Below are positions 8,583-18,766 of a stretch of 53,029 nt of DNA, piece after piece. The stretch's first letter is position 1. Each line of letters begins with the position of its first letter. Source of the stretch: Patescibacteria group bacterium (GTDB lineage: Bacteria; Patescibacteriota; Microgenomatia; UBA8517); assembly GCA_036846005.1 (NCBI GenBank), contig DAIUCV010000001.1, positions 1-53,029 on the forward strand. The letters are read 5' to 3'. The notes below the pieces were generated by a model. The model ran no database searches. It worked only from the letters and a program-made list of their open reading frames with translations, and was not told the DNA's origin. Both the position numbers and the translations under genes were made by a program.

Positions 8583-10235
8583 ATGATATGGGGTATGGAG
8601 AATTTGTCTTCGGTTAAAACCCAAAGTTGGCTTGCGTGGTTTTTGAGGGGAATTTTAATTTTGGGTTTTATCATACTTTTTGGCCGTCTTTTTGAACTTC
8701 AGGTTATAAAAGGAAATTACTTTCGAAATTTATCCGAGGGCAACAGAATCAGGAGAGTGGTAATTTCTGCTCCCAGAGGTCAAATTTTAGCCAGAGGCGG
8801 TGAAGTATTGGTCGGAAATAAAGAGGTTAAAAGAAGGATCATCTTTAATCCCCAAGAGGGTTATGAAATATCGGATGATGTAAGTAAAGCAACCAGTGAT
8901 GAAATAATTACAGAGTGGATTAGAGATTATAAATTGAAAGAGAGTTTTGCGCATATCAGCGGTTATTTGGGATTGGTTTCGAAAGATGAAATGGGAAAGA
9001 TAGATCCGAACTGTCCGGAAAAAGGTGTTAAGGGAAACGATTCTTATGTAGGTAGAAGCGGATTGGAAGAAAAATACGATTGCCTATTATCAGGGAAAGA
9101 CGGTGAAGAGTTGATTGAAGTTGATACCACCGGGAAAAAGATTAGATCTTTGGGGAAAAGAGAACCTGTAGCGGGAAAAGATGTCAAAACTACAGTAGAT
9201 TATTCACTTCAGGAAAAAGTCTCAACTGTGATGGGAGGAAAACCCGGGGCAATAGTGGTCAGCGACAGACAGGGAGAAATTCTTGCCCTATATTCCTCTC
9301 CTTCTTATGATCCCAACATTTTCCTAAACGACAACTATAGAAAAGAAGTTGAAAGTTTATTAAATGATCAAGGCTTGCCGCTTTTTAATCGGGCTATAGG
9401 AGGTTTATATCATCCGGGTTCTGTTTTTAAAACGATTGTCGCAATTGCAGGTTTGGAGGAAAAAGTAATAGATAAAAATTATGTCTATGATGACCCAGGA
9501 GTTATAACCATCAACGATTTTTCCTATTCAAATTGGTTTTACACTCAAAGTAAAGGAAAAGAAGGGGCGATTGGAATAGTCAGGGCAATAGGACGTTCCA
9601 CAGATACGTTTTTCTATAAATTAGGCGAGATGTTGGGGATTGAAAAAATTGACAAATGGGCTGAAAAGTTCGGTCTTAATGCCAAAACTAATATTGATTT
9701 GGTGGGAGAAATTGGAGGATTAGTTCCCAGTCCGGAATGGAAACTAAAAACTAAAAACGAAAATTGGTTTTTGGGAAATACTTACCATGTATCAATAGGC
9801 CAGGGAGACTTGGCTCTGACGCCTTTACTTATAAATACTGTGGTGGCAACCATTGCCAATGACGGAAAACTATGTAGCCCCCGTATTGGGGAAAAACCAA
9901 AGTGCAAAGACTTGGGAATAAGTAAAGAAACTCTTGATCTGGTAAAAGAGGGAATGATTGCCGCCTGCAGCTCTGGAGGAACAGGATTTCCTTTTTTTGA
10001 CTCCAACCCTCAAGTAGCCTGTAAAACAGGAACAGCGGAAACTAGTGAAGAAAACATAACTCATGCCTGGTTTACTTTTTTCGCCCCCGCAACTTTCGAA
10101 ATAGATATTACCGATGAAAAACAAAAGCCCGATTTCATAGTTACGGTTCTTGTAGAAAAAGGAGGAGAAGGCTCCAGTGTTGCAGGTCCTATGGCTAAGG
10201 ATATTTTTGACTATTGGTTCGGAAAACAAAAATAA
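8583..10235 (+). CDS. mrdA: penicillin-binding protein 2 (class B transpeptidase)
   Basis: N-terminal TM anchor, SxxK motif (GSVFK) and KTG motif (KTGTAE); 550 aa; located next to mreB. Confidence 0.85.
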   Translation: MIWGMENLSSVKTQSWLAWFLRGILILGFIILFGRLFELQVIKGNYFRNLSEGNRIRRVVISAPRGQILARGGEVLVGNKEVKRRIIFNPQEGYEISDDVSKATSDEIITEWIRDYKLKESFAHISGYLGLVSKDEMGKIDPNCPEKGVKGNDSYVGRSGLEEKYDCLLSGKDGEELIEVDTTGKKIRSLGKREPVAGKDVKTTVDYSLQEKVSTVMGGKPGAIVVSDRQGEILALYSSPSYDPNIFLNDNYRKEVESLLNDQGLPLFNRAIGGLYHPGSVFKTIVAIAGLEEKVIDKNYVYDDPGVITINDFSYSNWFYTQSKGKEGAIGIVRAIGRSTDTFFYKLGEMLGIEKIDKWAEKFGLNAKTNIDLVGEIGGLVPSPEWKLKTKNENWFLGNTYHVSIGQGDLALTPLLINTVVATIANDGKLCSPRIGEKPKCKDLGISKETLDLVKEGMIAACSSGGTGFPFFDSNPQVACKTGTAETSEENITHAWFTFFAPATFEIDITDEKQKPDFIVTVLVEKGGEGSSVAGPMAKDIFDYWFGKQK

Positions 10236-10262
10236 ATTTAAGATATAAATATTTAACTTTTA

Positions 10263-11132
10263 ATGACAGAGCGCGAATATCTGGCTTTATTGTATTCATT
10301 TATACTATTTGGACCTGTAAGAATTAATCTGCTGACATCTTACTTTAAGAGTTCGAAGAATGTTTGGAAAGCAAGCGGCCAAGAATTACTGAAGTTGGGA
10401 TTAAGACCGGATACAGTTGAGAAGTTTAACCGCTACAGAAACAAGATTGACCCCATTAATTATTTCAAACGTCTTAAATCAAATTCCGTTCATTTTGTTA
10501 CCTATTTGGATAAAAGATACCCTAAGAATTTAAAAAACTTGGATGATGCTCCCTGCGTTTTATATCTCAAAGGAAAGTTAAAGAAAAGTGACGAAAATGC
10601 AATAGCCATAGTCGGTGCAAGAAAAATGACTGCTTATGGGAAGGAAGTAACTACGAAGTTTGCCGGGGAACTCGCGGGTTTAGGCATAACTATTATTTCG
10701 GGTTTGGCAAGGGGTGTGGATACCAAGGCACATAATACAGTTTTAGAAGTTGGCGGAAGAACTATAGCAGTTCTTGCCGGAGGATTGGATAATATATATC
10801 CTCCCGAAAATAGTTCATTGGCCAAGAATATTGTCGATTCGGGAGGTGTTTTATTATCGGAATATCCTTTGGGATACCCCTCATATCGAGGCAATTTTGT
10901 TAACAGGAATAGAATTATTTCCGGTCTTTCAAAGGCTGTATTAGTTATTGAGGGTGAGAAAAGAAGCGGTACTCTCTTGACTGCTTCTCATGCCGCAAAT
11001 CAAGGACGACAGGTATTTGCAGTTCCGGGACCGATATCCTCGCCGACTTCCGGTGCTCCGCTTTTCCTCATTCAAAACGGTGCCAAAGCGGTAACTTGCA
11101 CCAAAGATATTTTGGAGGAATTGGATTTTTAA
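10263..11132 (+). CDS. dprA: DNA-processing protein DprA
   Basis: IVGARKMTAYG, GLARGVDTKAH and GTLLTASHAANQGRQVFAVPG, typical of the DprA Rossmann-like core. Confidence 0.9.
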   Translation: MTEREYLALLYSFILFGPVRINLLTSYFKSSKNVWKASGQELLKLGLRPDTVEKFNRYRNKIDPINYFKRLKSNSVHFVTYLDKRYPKNLKNLDDAPCVLYLKGKLKKSDENAIAIVGARKMTAYGKEVTTKFAGELAGLGITIISGLARGVDTKAHNTVLEVGGRTIAVLAGGLDNIYPPENSSLAKNIVDSGGVLLSEYPLGYPSYRGNFVNRNRIISGLSKAVLVIEGEKRSGTLLTASHAANQGRQVFAVPGPISSPTSGAPLFLIQNGAKAVTCTKDILEELDF

Positions 11133-11231
11133 TTTAAAGAAAGACAAAAGTGTATCTTGACTCGTTTGCTAAAATATCACATATTTTACTATCGCTTATT
11201 TTAGTTAGACCAACTATTATGATGTATTGAT

Positions 11232-13301
11232 ATGAATTTAATAATTGTAGAATCACCAACCAAAGCGCGTACCCTTTCAAAATTTTTGGGCAGCGATTAT
11301 TCCATTGAAGCCACAATGGGACACATTAAAGATTTACCCAAAAGTACTCTGGGTATTGACGTTGAAAAGAATTTTAAACCCCAATATGACGATATCCAAA
11401 AAAAGTCTGATGTAGTTTCCGTGATATTAAAAGCCGCAAAAAAAGCAGGAAAGATTTACTTGGCAACAGATCCGGACAGGGAAGGTGAGGCAATCGCTAA
11501 GCATGTTGAGGAGGTAATTAACACAAATTTAAAACACTCAGCAAAAAACTCAAAATTAGGGAGAATTGTGTTTCATGAAATTACCAAGGAGGCAGTAGAG
11601 GAAGCGATTAAAAATCCTAAGAGCATAGACGAAAATATGGTAGATGCTCAAATTGCAAGAAGAGTACTGGATAGGCTAGTGGGATATAAATTATCCCCGC
11701 TTTTATGGAGAAAAGTAAGAAGAGGATTATCTGCCGGAAGAGTACAGTCGGTTACGGTAAGGCTTATTGTTGAAAAAGAAAAGGAAATAGAAAAATTTAA
11801 ATCCCAGGAGTATTGGGAAATTTTTGCGGAGGTAATAAAAAGAAATAAATCAAAATCTGAGAATAAAAGTTTTGTTGTTCAGCTTATAAGAATTGGAGAA
11901 AAGAAAGCCGATATTGCAAACGAAAAAGATGCAAGAGAGATTGTAGGGAATTTGGAAAAAAGTACATACGATGTATTTGACGTTCAGAAAAAGGAAGTGA
12001 GAAGAAATCCCTATCCGCCTTTTACCACTTCTACCATGACCCAGGCTGCAGCGAGAATTATGTTTTGGTCAGCGAAAAAAACTATGAGCATAGCCCAGGC
12101 ATTATACGAAGAGGGATTAATTACCTATCATAGAACAGATTCAACCAATATTGCAACGTCAGCCATAGAAAAGGTAAGAAATTATATAAAAACCGAATAC
12201 GGAATAAAATATCTGCCCGAAAAACCTATCTTTTATAAAACCCAATCAAAAGTAGCCCAAGAAGCACATGAGGCAATACGTCCTACAAAATTGGATTCCA
12301 AATTTGAAGTCTCTAATAGAAAATTCGCAAAAGATGCACAATCTTTATACAACCTTATATGGAAAAAATTTGTTGCTTGCCAAATGAATCCCAGTCTATA
12401 CGACGAGACCACAATAGATGTTTCGGCAAAATTAAAAACTAAACCGATAAATTATTTATTGCGTGCTTCGGGTCAAATAATGTTATTCGATGGTTGGAAA
12501 ATATTATATAAAAGGGAAGAAGAGTCACTTCGTCTACCCGAAGTGGTGAAAGGAGAAGGTTTGGATCTTATTTCTTCCAAAAGCGAAGAGACTAAGGGTA
12601 AAAAAGTTTGGGGAGATCAGAAATTTACTCAAGCCCCGGCCAGATATTCCGAAGCATCCCTAATTAAAACTCTGGAGAAATTGGGAATCGGCAGACCTTC
12701 GACTTATGCACCGATTATATCGACCATTCAAATAAGAAATTACGTAGTGAAGGAAGAAGGAAGATTTTCTCCAACGTCAATCGGAATTGCTGTAAATGAT
12801 TTTTTAATGGATAATTTTCCCGATGTATTTGAATATTCCTTTACCGCCAAAATGGAAGACGATCTGGATAATATTGCCAAAGGAGAAGTTAAATGGACGG
12901 GAGTAATTGGGGATTTTTGGAAACCCTTTGATAAAAAACTAATTAGCGTCGGTAAAAATTCCAAAAGAGTTAAAATTGCCGTGGAAAAATTGGGTAAGAA
13001 ATGTCCCGAATGCAAAGAAGGAGAATTGGTAATAAGGATAGGAAGATTCGGAAAGTTTATTTCCTGTTCAAGATTCCCGGATTGCAAATATACCGAAAAA
13101 TACGTTGAAAAAATAGGAAAGAAATGCCCAGATTGTAAAAAAGGTGATGTAATTGTTAAAAGAAGTCAAAAAGGAAGGAAGTTTTTCGGATGTTCCAGAT
13201 ACCCTGAATGCAAATGGGCTTCTTGGAGAAAACCGGGAGAGGAAGAGAAAAAAGAAGAAAATCAAGAGAATGGAAATAACAAAACCAACATTAAAATTTA
13301 A
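11232..13301 (+). CDS. topA: DNA topoisomerase I
   Basis: TOPRIM start MNLIIVESPTKA, DPDREGEAIA, catalytic-Tyr region GLITYHRTDST, and two C-terminal CxxC...CxxxxC zinc ribbons. Confidence 0.95.
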   Translation: MNLIIVESPTKARTLSKFLGSDYSIEATMGHIKDLPKSTLGIDVEKNFKPQYDDIQKKSDVVSVILKAAKKAGKIYLATDPDREGEAIAKHVEEVINTNLKHSAKNSKLGRIVFHEITKEAVEEAIKNPKSIDENMVDAQIARRVLDRLVGYKLSPLLWRKVRRGLSAGRVQSVTVRLIVEKEKEIEKFKSQEYWEIFAEVIKRNKSKSENKSFVVQLIRIGEKKADIANEKDAREIVGNLEKSTYDVFDVQKKEVRRNPYPPFTTSTMTQAAARIMFWSAKKTMSIAQALYEEGLITYHRTDSTNIATSAIEKVRNYIKTEYGIKYLPEKPIFYKTQSKVAQEAHEAIRPTKLDSKFEVSNRKFAKDAQSLYNLIWKKFVACQMNPSLYDETTIDVSAKLKTKPINYLLRASGQIMLFDGWKILYKREEESLRLPEVVKGEGLDLISSKSEETKGKKVWGDQKFTQAPARYSEASLIKTLEKLGIGRPSTYAPIISTIQIRNYVVKEEGRFSPTSIGIAVNDFLMDNFPDVFEYSFTAKMEDDLDNIAKGEVKWTGVIGDFWKPFDKKLISVGKNSKRVKIAVEKLGKKCPECKEGELVIRIGRFGKFISCSRFPDCKYTEKYVEKIGKKCPDCKKGDVIVKRSQKGRKFFGCSRYPECKWASWRKPGEEEKKEENQENGNNKTNIKI

Positions 13302-13710
13302 AATAATTAAGAAGGAAGGAATAATTCCTGCTTATGCCCACGAAGATGACGCCGGATTTGATTTATACTCCACAGTTAAGGTAATTATCAAAAAAGGAAA
13401 AATTCAAACAATTCCTTTAGGAATTGCATCCGAGATTCCGGATGGATTTTTTGTTTCCTTTCGCGATAAAAGCGGATTGGCAGCCAAGTTCGGTATCCAT
13501 GTAATGGCGGGAGTTGTAGATTCAGGTTATAGAGGTGAATGGTTGGTTGTTTTGGTAAATCTGGGAGACAATGATTACACAGTCGAAATAGGAGATAAAA
13601 TTGCACAAGGGATTCTTCAAAAGGCACCAAAAGCGGAAATAAAAGCAGTTAAAAAATTGGATTCGTCCGAAAGAGGGTCGGGGGGGTTTGGAAGTACGGG
13701 GAAAAAATAA
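13270..13710 (+). CDS. dut: dUTP diphosphatase
   Basis: AGFDLYS, VVDSGYRGE and C-terminal RGSGGFGSTG. The ORF opens at 13153 inside topA. The ATG at 13270 fits the family N-terminus and overlaps the topA end by 32 nt. Confidence 0.85.
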   Translation: MEITKPTLKFKIIKKEGIIPAYAHEDDAGFDLYSTVKVIIKKGKIQTIPLGIASEIPDGFFVSFRDKSGLAAKFGIHVMAGVVDSGYRGEWLVVLVNLGDNDYTVEIGDKIAQGILQKAPKAEIKAVKKLDSSERGSGGFGSTGKK

Positions 13711-13747
13711 ACCCCGGTAGTTTAATTAATTTAACCGTTACCGGGGT
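13711..13747. terminator. stem-loop terminator between convergent dut and thyA
   Basis: ACCCCGGTA (13711-13719) pairs with TACCGGGGT (13739-13747). On the minus strand it is followed by TTATTTTTT. Confidence 0.6.
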
Positions 13748-13764
13748 GAACTGTACACTTAAAA

Positions 13765-14559
13765 TTATACTGAAATAGGAGCCTCTATTGCTGGATGCGA
13801 GACGTAGTTCTCAAGCCGAAAATCTTGGTATTCGAAATCATCAATATTTTTTACTTCTGGGTTTAAAAGCATTACGGGTAAGTTCAGAGGTTGGCGTTTA
13901 AGTTGCAGTTTTGCCTGTTCAAGATGATTTAGGTAAAGATGTGTGTCTCCAAGGGTCAAAACTAATTCTCCATAATCATAACCCGTTACCTGAGAAATCA
14001 TCATTGTTAAAAGGGCATAACCTGCGATATTAAAGGGTAAACCCAAAAACGTATCGACACTTCTCTGAAACATCAGACAAGATAGTTTTCCCAGTGAGAC
14101 GTAAAACTGAAATAGAAGATGACAGGGTGGTAATGCCATTTTATCAATTTCGCCGGGATTCCAAGCAGTTACAATCATTCTTCTGTCATTTGGGTTTTTT
14201 TTAATAAGATCTATAACTTGCTGGATCTGATCTATTACCCTTCCGTCTTTTGCCTCCCACGTCCTCCACTGTTTTCCGTAGACAGGTCCTAAGTTTCCGT
14301 TTTCGTCAGCCCATTCATCCCAAATATGTACTCCTTTTTCCTGCAACCACTTTGCGTTTGTTTCTCCTTTCAAAAACCACAAGAGTTCATAGATTATAGA
14401 TTTATAATGTATCTTTTTGGTTGTCACAAGAGGGAAACTCAATTTTAAATCAAACCTGATTTGTCTGCCAAAAACAGAAAGGGTTCCTGTTCCTGTTCGA
14501 TCGCTTTTCTTAATACCGTTATCCAAAATATCTTGAAGTAAATCCAGATATTGTTTCAA
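13765..14559 (-). CDS. thyA: thymidylate synthase (ThyA type)
   Basis: 264 aa with MKQYLDLL, DRTGTGT, active-site ALPPCH and DTHLY. Confidence 0.95.
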   Translation of the reverse strand: MKQYLDLLQDILDNGIKKSDRTGTGTLSVFGRQIRFDLKLSFPLVTTKKIHYKSIIYELLWFLKGETNAKWLQEKGVHIWDEWADENGNLGPVYGKQWRTWEAKDGRVIDQIQQVIDLIKKNPNDRRMIVTAWNPGEIDKMALPPCHLLFQFYVSLGKLSCLMFQRSVDTFLGLPFNIAGYALLTMMISQVTGYDYGELVLTLGDTHLYLNHLEQAKLQLKRQPLNLPVMLLNPEVKNIDDFEYQDFRLENYVSHPAIEAPISV

Positions 14560-14667
14560 AATAATCCATCCTTTCTTTGTTAATGTGCACAGTTTGGAAA
14601 AGAATATACTATTTACGAAAAAAGGTCTAGTATTTTTTTAAAAGACTTGTTATAGTGCATCAGAAAA

Positions 14668-15333
14668 ATGTCAGATGCAGAAAGAAGGCCAGAAATTAAA
14701 GAGAAACCGGAATCGGGTTCTATAGAAGTAATAGCGGGCTGCATGTTTAGCGGAAAAACCGATGAGATGATACGAAGACTAGAGCGTGAGGAAATCGCAC
14801 TAGATATTCGTTTAAAAAATAACGTTATTAATCAAAGGACAAAAGATGAGTATATTAGGGTATTTAAACCGTCAATTGATATTCGTTATAGCGAAAATAA
14901 TATAGACTCCCACTGTGGTACAAAATTTCCTGCTATTCCTTTGGAAAAAAATCGACCGGGAGATATTTATGATTATATAAAATACTATACAAAGGTTGTC
15001 GCGATAGACGAGGCACAATTTTTTTCTAGAGAGTTAGTTCAAATTTGTCACAATTTAACAGACCTTGGAATAAGAGTTATTGTTGCGGGTCTGGATACGA
15101 ATTTTCGTGGAGAAACCTTTGGTCCTATGGGAGATTTATTGGCTCGTGCAAATAAAGTACTTAAATTAACTGCAGTTTGCGTAGTTTGCGGAAAGGATAA
15201 TGCAAATAGAACTCAGAGGTTGGTAAACGGAAAACCAGCAAATTATAATGATCCGGAAGTGGTAGTGGGTGCCTCCGAACTTTATGAAGCTCGCTGTGAA
15301 CTCCATCATGAAGTACTAGGAAGTACTGTATAG
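14668..15333 (+). CDS. tdk: thymidine kinase
   Basis: P-loop GCMFSGKT, DEAQFF, and C-terminal zinc site CVVCG...CELHH. Confidence 0.9.
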   Translation: MSDAERRPEIKEKPESGSIEVIAGCMFSGKTDEMIRRLEREEIALDIRLKNNVINQRTKDEYIRVFKPSIDIRYSENNIDSHCGTKFPAIPLEKNRPGDIYDYIKYYTKVVAIDEAQFFSRELVQICHNLTDLGIRVIVAGLDTNFRGETFGPMGDLLARANKVLKLTAVCVVCGKDNANRTQRLVNGKPANYNDPEVVVGASELYEARCELHHEVLGSTV

Positions 15334-15350
15334 CATTTAGTATCTATAAT

Positions 15351-16043
15351 ATGACCGAAAGAATAACTCAAACATATACGGCAGAGTTCGAAGTGAATCC
15401 CTATCAGGGTCTATTTATAGTCGTTGAGGGTTTGGACGGCTCGGGTAATTCTACACAAGTTGAATGTTTAAGGAATTACTTTACAGAGCGTTTTAAGTGC
15501 CAAAAGGGTTGTGTCCAGGTTATTAAAGAACCGACTTACGGACCAACCGGAGCATCAATTAACTGGGCACTAAGACGCGGTCTTAAGATTGACGATCAAA
15601 CTTTACAACTGATGTTTATTGCGGATAGATCAGATGATTTGTTAAATGAAAGAACGGGAATCGTAAAATTTTTAAAAACTCCCGGAAATGTGGTTCTTGG
15701 GGACAGATATATGTTTTCGTCAGCGTTTGGAAATGTGGCTGGATTAGATATAGATTGGCTATTATCTATTCAGAGCAAATTTATTTTACCCGACTATACG
15801 TTCTTTCTTGATGTCAAACCGGATGTATGTATGAAAAGGATTGAAAAAAGAGATAATGGTGTAGATCGGTTTGAAAAGTTAGAGCATCTTTTTAAAGCCC
15901 ATCAAGGTTATGAATATATCATGAAAAAATTTCCTGAATTTATGATCAGAATCGACGGAGAAAAACCGATATTCGATATTACAAATCGGATTATATGCGA
16001 TATAGAAAAAAGCCCCAAACTTCCAGGTAAATTGTATTTTTAA
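15351..16043 (+). CDS. tmk: dTMP (thymidylate) kinase
   Basis: P-loop-type EGLDGSGNST and the DRY-type segment GDRYMFSS; 230 aa. Confidence 0.8.
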   Translation: MTERITQTYTAEFEVNPYQGLFIVVEGLDGSGNSTQVECLRNYFTERFKCQKGCVQVIKEPTYGPTGASINWALRRGLKIDDQTLQLMFIADRSDDLLNERTGIVKFLKTPGNVVLGDRYMFSSAFGNVAGLDIDWLLSIQSKFILPDYTFFLDVKPDVCMKRIEKRDNGVDRFEKLEHLFKAHQGYEYIMKKFPEFMIRIDGEKPIFDITNRIICDIEKSPKLPGKLYF

Positions 16044-16058
16044 TGTATAATACTTCTA

Positions 16059-16949
16059 ATGCAAAAACTGATTGAGTGCGTTCCTAATTTTTCTGAAGGA
16101 AGAAATAAAAAGGTAATAGATAAAATATTTAGTGCCGCAAATATAAAAGGGGTAAAGGTATTTGAGTTGGAGTTTGACAAATCCCATAACCGCTCCCTTT
16201 TTACTATCGTAGGATCTCCTGAAAAGGTTTTGGCTTCTGTCCTGGAATCAATTAAAGTTGCCACAAAAATGATTGACATGAATAAACATTTGGGAGAACA
16301 CCCCAGGATTGGTGCAACAGACGTGGTTCCCTTTGTACCGATTTCGGGAGTAAGTATGAAAGAATGTGTAAATTTATCCAAAAAACTGGCTGTTAGAGTT
16401 GCCAAAGAATTAAAAATTCCGGTTTATTTATATGAGGATAGTGCAACCAGAAAGGAAAGGATAAACCTGGCAGATGTCAGAAAAGGCGAATATGAAGGAT
16501 TAAAGAAAGAAATTAAGGTTAATCCCGACAGAAAACCCGACTATGGACCCTCTTCTCTTCATCCTACCGCTGGAGCAGTTGTAATAGGAGCAAGGAAATA
16601 TTTGGTTGCCTACAATGTTAATTTGGATACCAAAGATATAGCTATTGCCAAGAAAATTGCAGAAAAAGTCAGAGAAAAAGACGGGGGATTAAAAGCAGTC
16701 AAAGCTTTAGGATTTAATGTAGGAGGATATGCACAAGTATCAATGAATCTGGTAGATTTCGAAAAAACAAATTTTGATGAAGCTTATTGGGAAATCGAAA
16801 AATTGGCAAAAAGATTTAATGTCAAAATAAAAAGTTCGGAAATTTACGGTATGATTCCGTTAGAAGCAGTTGTAAGAGCCATAAAATATACTTTTAAGGC
16901 AGATACTTTTAAATCTGATCAAATATTGGAAAAGAAACTTTTCGAATAA
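16059..16949 (+). CDS. glutamate formimidoyltransferase (FtcD N-terminal type)
   Basis: Diagnostic N-terminus MQKLIECVPNFSEGRN and HPRIGATDVVPFVP. Confidence 0.85.
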   Translation: MQKLIECVPNFSEGRNKKVIDKIFSAANIKGVKVFELEFDKSHNRSLFTIVGSPEKVLASVLESIKVATKMIDMNKHLGEHPRIGATDVVPFVPISGVSMKECVNLSKKLAVRVAKELKIPVYLYEDSATRKERINLADVRKGEYEGLKKEIKVNPDRKPDYGPSSLHPTAGAVVIGARKYLVAYNVNLDTKDIAIAKKIAEKVREKDGGLKAVKALGFNVGGYAQVSMNLVDFEKTNFDEAYWEIEKLAKRFNVKIKSSEIYGMIPLEAVVRAIKYTFKADTFKSDQILEKKLFE

Positions 16950-16950
16950 T

Positions 16951-17508
16951 ATGATAAAGAAACAAAAAATTAGTAAATATTTAAAAGATTTATCATCCTC
17001 AAAACCGACCCCCGGGGGAGGTTCTGCAGCTGCTCTGGTGGGAGCAATAGGAGCGTCTCTGGTTGAAATGGTTGCCAATTTAACACTTGATAAGAAAGGG
17101 TATGAGAAATCAGCCAAAGATATAAAAAAAATAAAAAAGATTGCAACGGAAAGCAAAAATAAACTTATTAGTCTTGCGGATAAGGATGCAAAAGCATTTG
17201 AAGATGTAATTAAAGTATTCAGATTACCCAAAGGAAACAAAAGAGACATTGCAATTCAACAAGCATTAAAAAAAGCAACCCGGATACCATTGGAAACCGC
17301 TCTTTCTTCTTATGAAGTACTAAGGTTAGCCAGAGAAATTACCCATATCGGAAATAAAAACGCCAAATCAGATGCTAAATCAGCACTTCATTTCGCAAAA
17401 GCATCTATATCTTCAGCTTTGGAAAATGTAGAGATAAATTTGAATTTAATTAAAGATAATAATTGGAAAACCAAGATAAAAAAAGAGGTTGATAAGATTA
17501 ATCTTTAA
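16951..17508 (+). CDS. formimidoyltetrahydrofolate cyclodeaminase-family protein
   Basis: PTPGGGSAAALVGAIGASL motif. All-helical, 185 aa. Starts 1 nt after the formiminotransferase stop. Confidence 0.8.
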   Translation: MIKKQKISKYLKDLSSSKPTPGGGSAAALVGAIGASLVEMVANLTLDKKGYEKSAKDIKKIKKIATESKNKLISLADKDAKAFEDVIKVFRLPKGNKRDIAIQQALKKATRIPLETALSSYEVLRLAREITHIGNKNAKSDAKSALHFAKASISSALENVEINLNLIKDNNWKTKIKKEVDKINL

Positions 17509-17514
17509 TCGGAT

Positions 17515-18669
17515 TTACTTAATTTCTGAAGTAATGTAATTTTGTACCTGTGTCCACTTGTTTACTCCTTCTTTGGGAACAAGAATAAATTGACCTGTAT
17601 TGCTTTTACTTTGTTGTAAAACATTTTGGTCGGTTAGAAATACCTCCTTGGTAGTGTATGAATTTGAATTTACTAAAATATTTACCAAAGCTTTTATACC
17701 ATTTGCATCCATATCGGTTTTTACACTTTCTACTAATTTATCAAAAACAGGGTCTGCCTTGGTGATGATCTGAAGACTTATAATTTTATTTTTAATTCCT
17801 GTTAATAAAGCAAATTGCCTTTGAGATCTGGCAAAATCTCCGCCGCTTTCATTCGAATGTCTGGAACGTACGAATTTCAGAGCTTTCTCACCATTAATAG
17901 TTTGTATTCCTTTATCAAAGTGTAAATGTTCATAACGACAGGTAAATTGCTTTTCCAAATCAAATCCTAAGAATTTACTGTGTAAGTCCGCAATTTCTTG
18001 AGCGCTTTTTCCGCAGGTTTCATTTTCCAATCCTTTTACGGGATAAAAATAATCGTCAAATGTCTTGGGTACATCAACCGGTATACCTCCCAAAAGATCA
18101 ATTGCTTTGGAAAATCCGCTAAAATCAACAGCAATAAAGTAATTAATCGGCATTCCGACAACCGAACCAACTACATACTTTGCCAAATTTCCTCGGCCAA
18201 TATCGCCTCTAAATTCAGGTTTTTTATTTGCATATTTAATTTCGTTTCCACCGATAGAATAAGCTTCGTTTATTTTGTTATTAGTGGTTGAATCCCAATC
18301 TGTGAGTATGGCAACCCAGAGATCCCTGGGAACGGAGATTAAGTTTACTTTAGAATTTTCCCGATCGATATTTACTACTATCAGGGAATCGGTCAATAAT
18401 CCGCCGTCGTGTCCGGCACCACCATAACCCAGAAGAAGAATGTTAGTATGTTTGTCATTTGTAACTTCGTTTGAATTGGGAGCCGATAAAAGGGTAGATT
18501 TTTCAGTCAGGTTATTCTTAATTAATGTTTTGGAAAGTTTGGAGTAGAGATAGGTTGTAATTCCTGCACCGGTAAGTGCTCCCAAGAAAAGAACAAATAA
18601 GATTATTTTTTTGATGCCAATTTTCCTCACAACATTACCAGTGTACTTTCTTGAGCTATGATTATGCAA
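17515..18669 (-). CDS. LCP (LytR-CpsA-Psr) family protein
   Basis: N-terminal TM anchor, LLLGYGG...GLLTDSLIVVNI, SVPRDLWV and FVRSRH. Confidence 0.85.
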   Translation of the reverse strand: MHNHSSRKYTGNVVRKIGIKKIILFVLFLGALTGAGITTYLYSKLSKTLIKNNLTEKSTLLSAPNSNEVTNDKHTNILLLGYGGAGHDGGLLTDSLIVVNIDRENSKVNLISVPRDLWVAILTDWDSTTNNKINEAYSIGGNEIKYANKKPEFRGDIGRGNLAKYVVGSVVGMPINYFIAVDFSGFSKAIDLLGGIPVDVPKTFDDYFYPVKGLENETCGKSAQEIADLHSKFLGFDLEKQFTCRYEHLHFDKGIQTINGEKALKFVRSRHSNESGGDFARSQRQFALLTGIKNKIISLQIITKADPVFDKLVESVKTDMDANGIKALVNILVNSNSYTTKEVFLTDQNVLQQSKSNTGQFILVPKEGVNKWTQVQNYITSEIK

Positions 18670-18691
18670 TATTATTTAGGAAGTTTTTAGG

Positions 18692-18720
18692 TTGCATCTT
18701 AAATTTTTTATTGATAGAAT
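18692..18720 (+). promoter_or_regulatory. sigma70-like promoter with extended -10 upstream of rpsB
   Basis: TTGCAT (18692-18697), 17-nt spacer ending in TGa, TAGAAT (18715-18720). Confidence 0.5.
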
Positions 18721-18731
18721 ACGACAAAGCA

Positions 18732-18766
18732 CATCAGCCAGATCTCCTGGAAACCCCAGGCTGATG
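18732..18766 (+). promoter_or_regulatory. rpsB 5' leader stem-loop
   Basis: CATCAGCC (18732-18739) pairs with GGCTGATG (18759-18766), with inner CCTGG/CCAGG. The SD AAGGAG at 18775-18780 and the ATG at 18790 follow. Confidence 0.45.

Noticed and set aside
16040-17249. 121-aa and 129-aa minus-strand ORFs opposite the formiminotransferase and cyclodeaminase genes.
   Set aside because: These are shadow ORFs of well-supported plus-strand genes, with no motifs.
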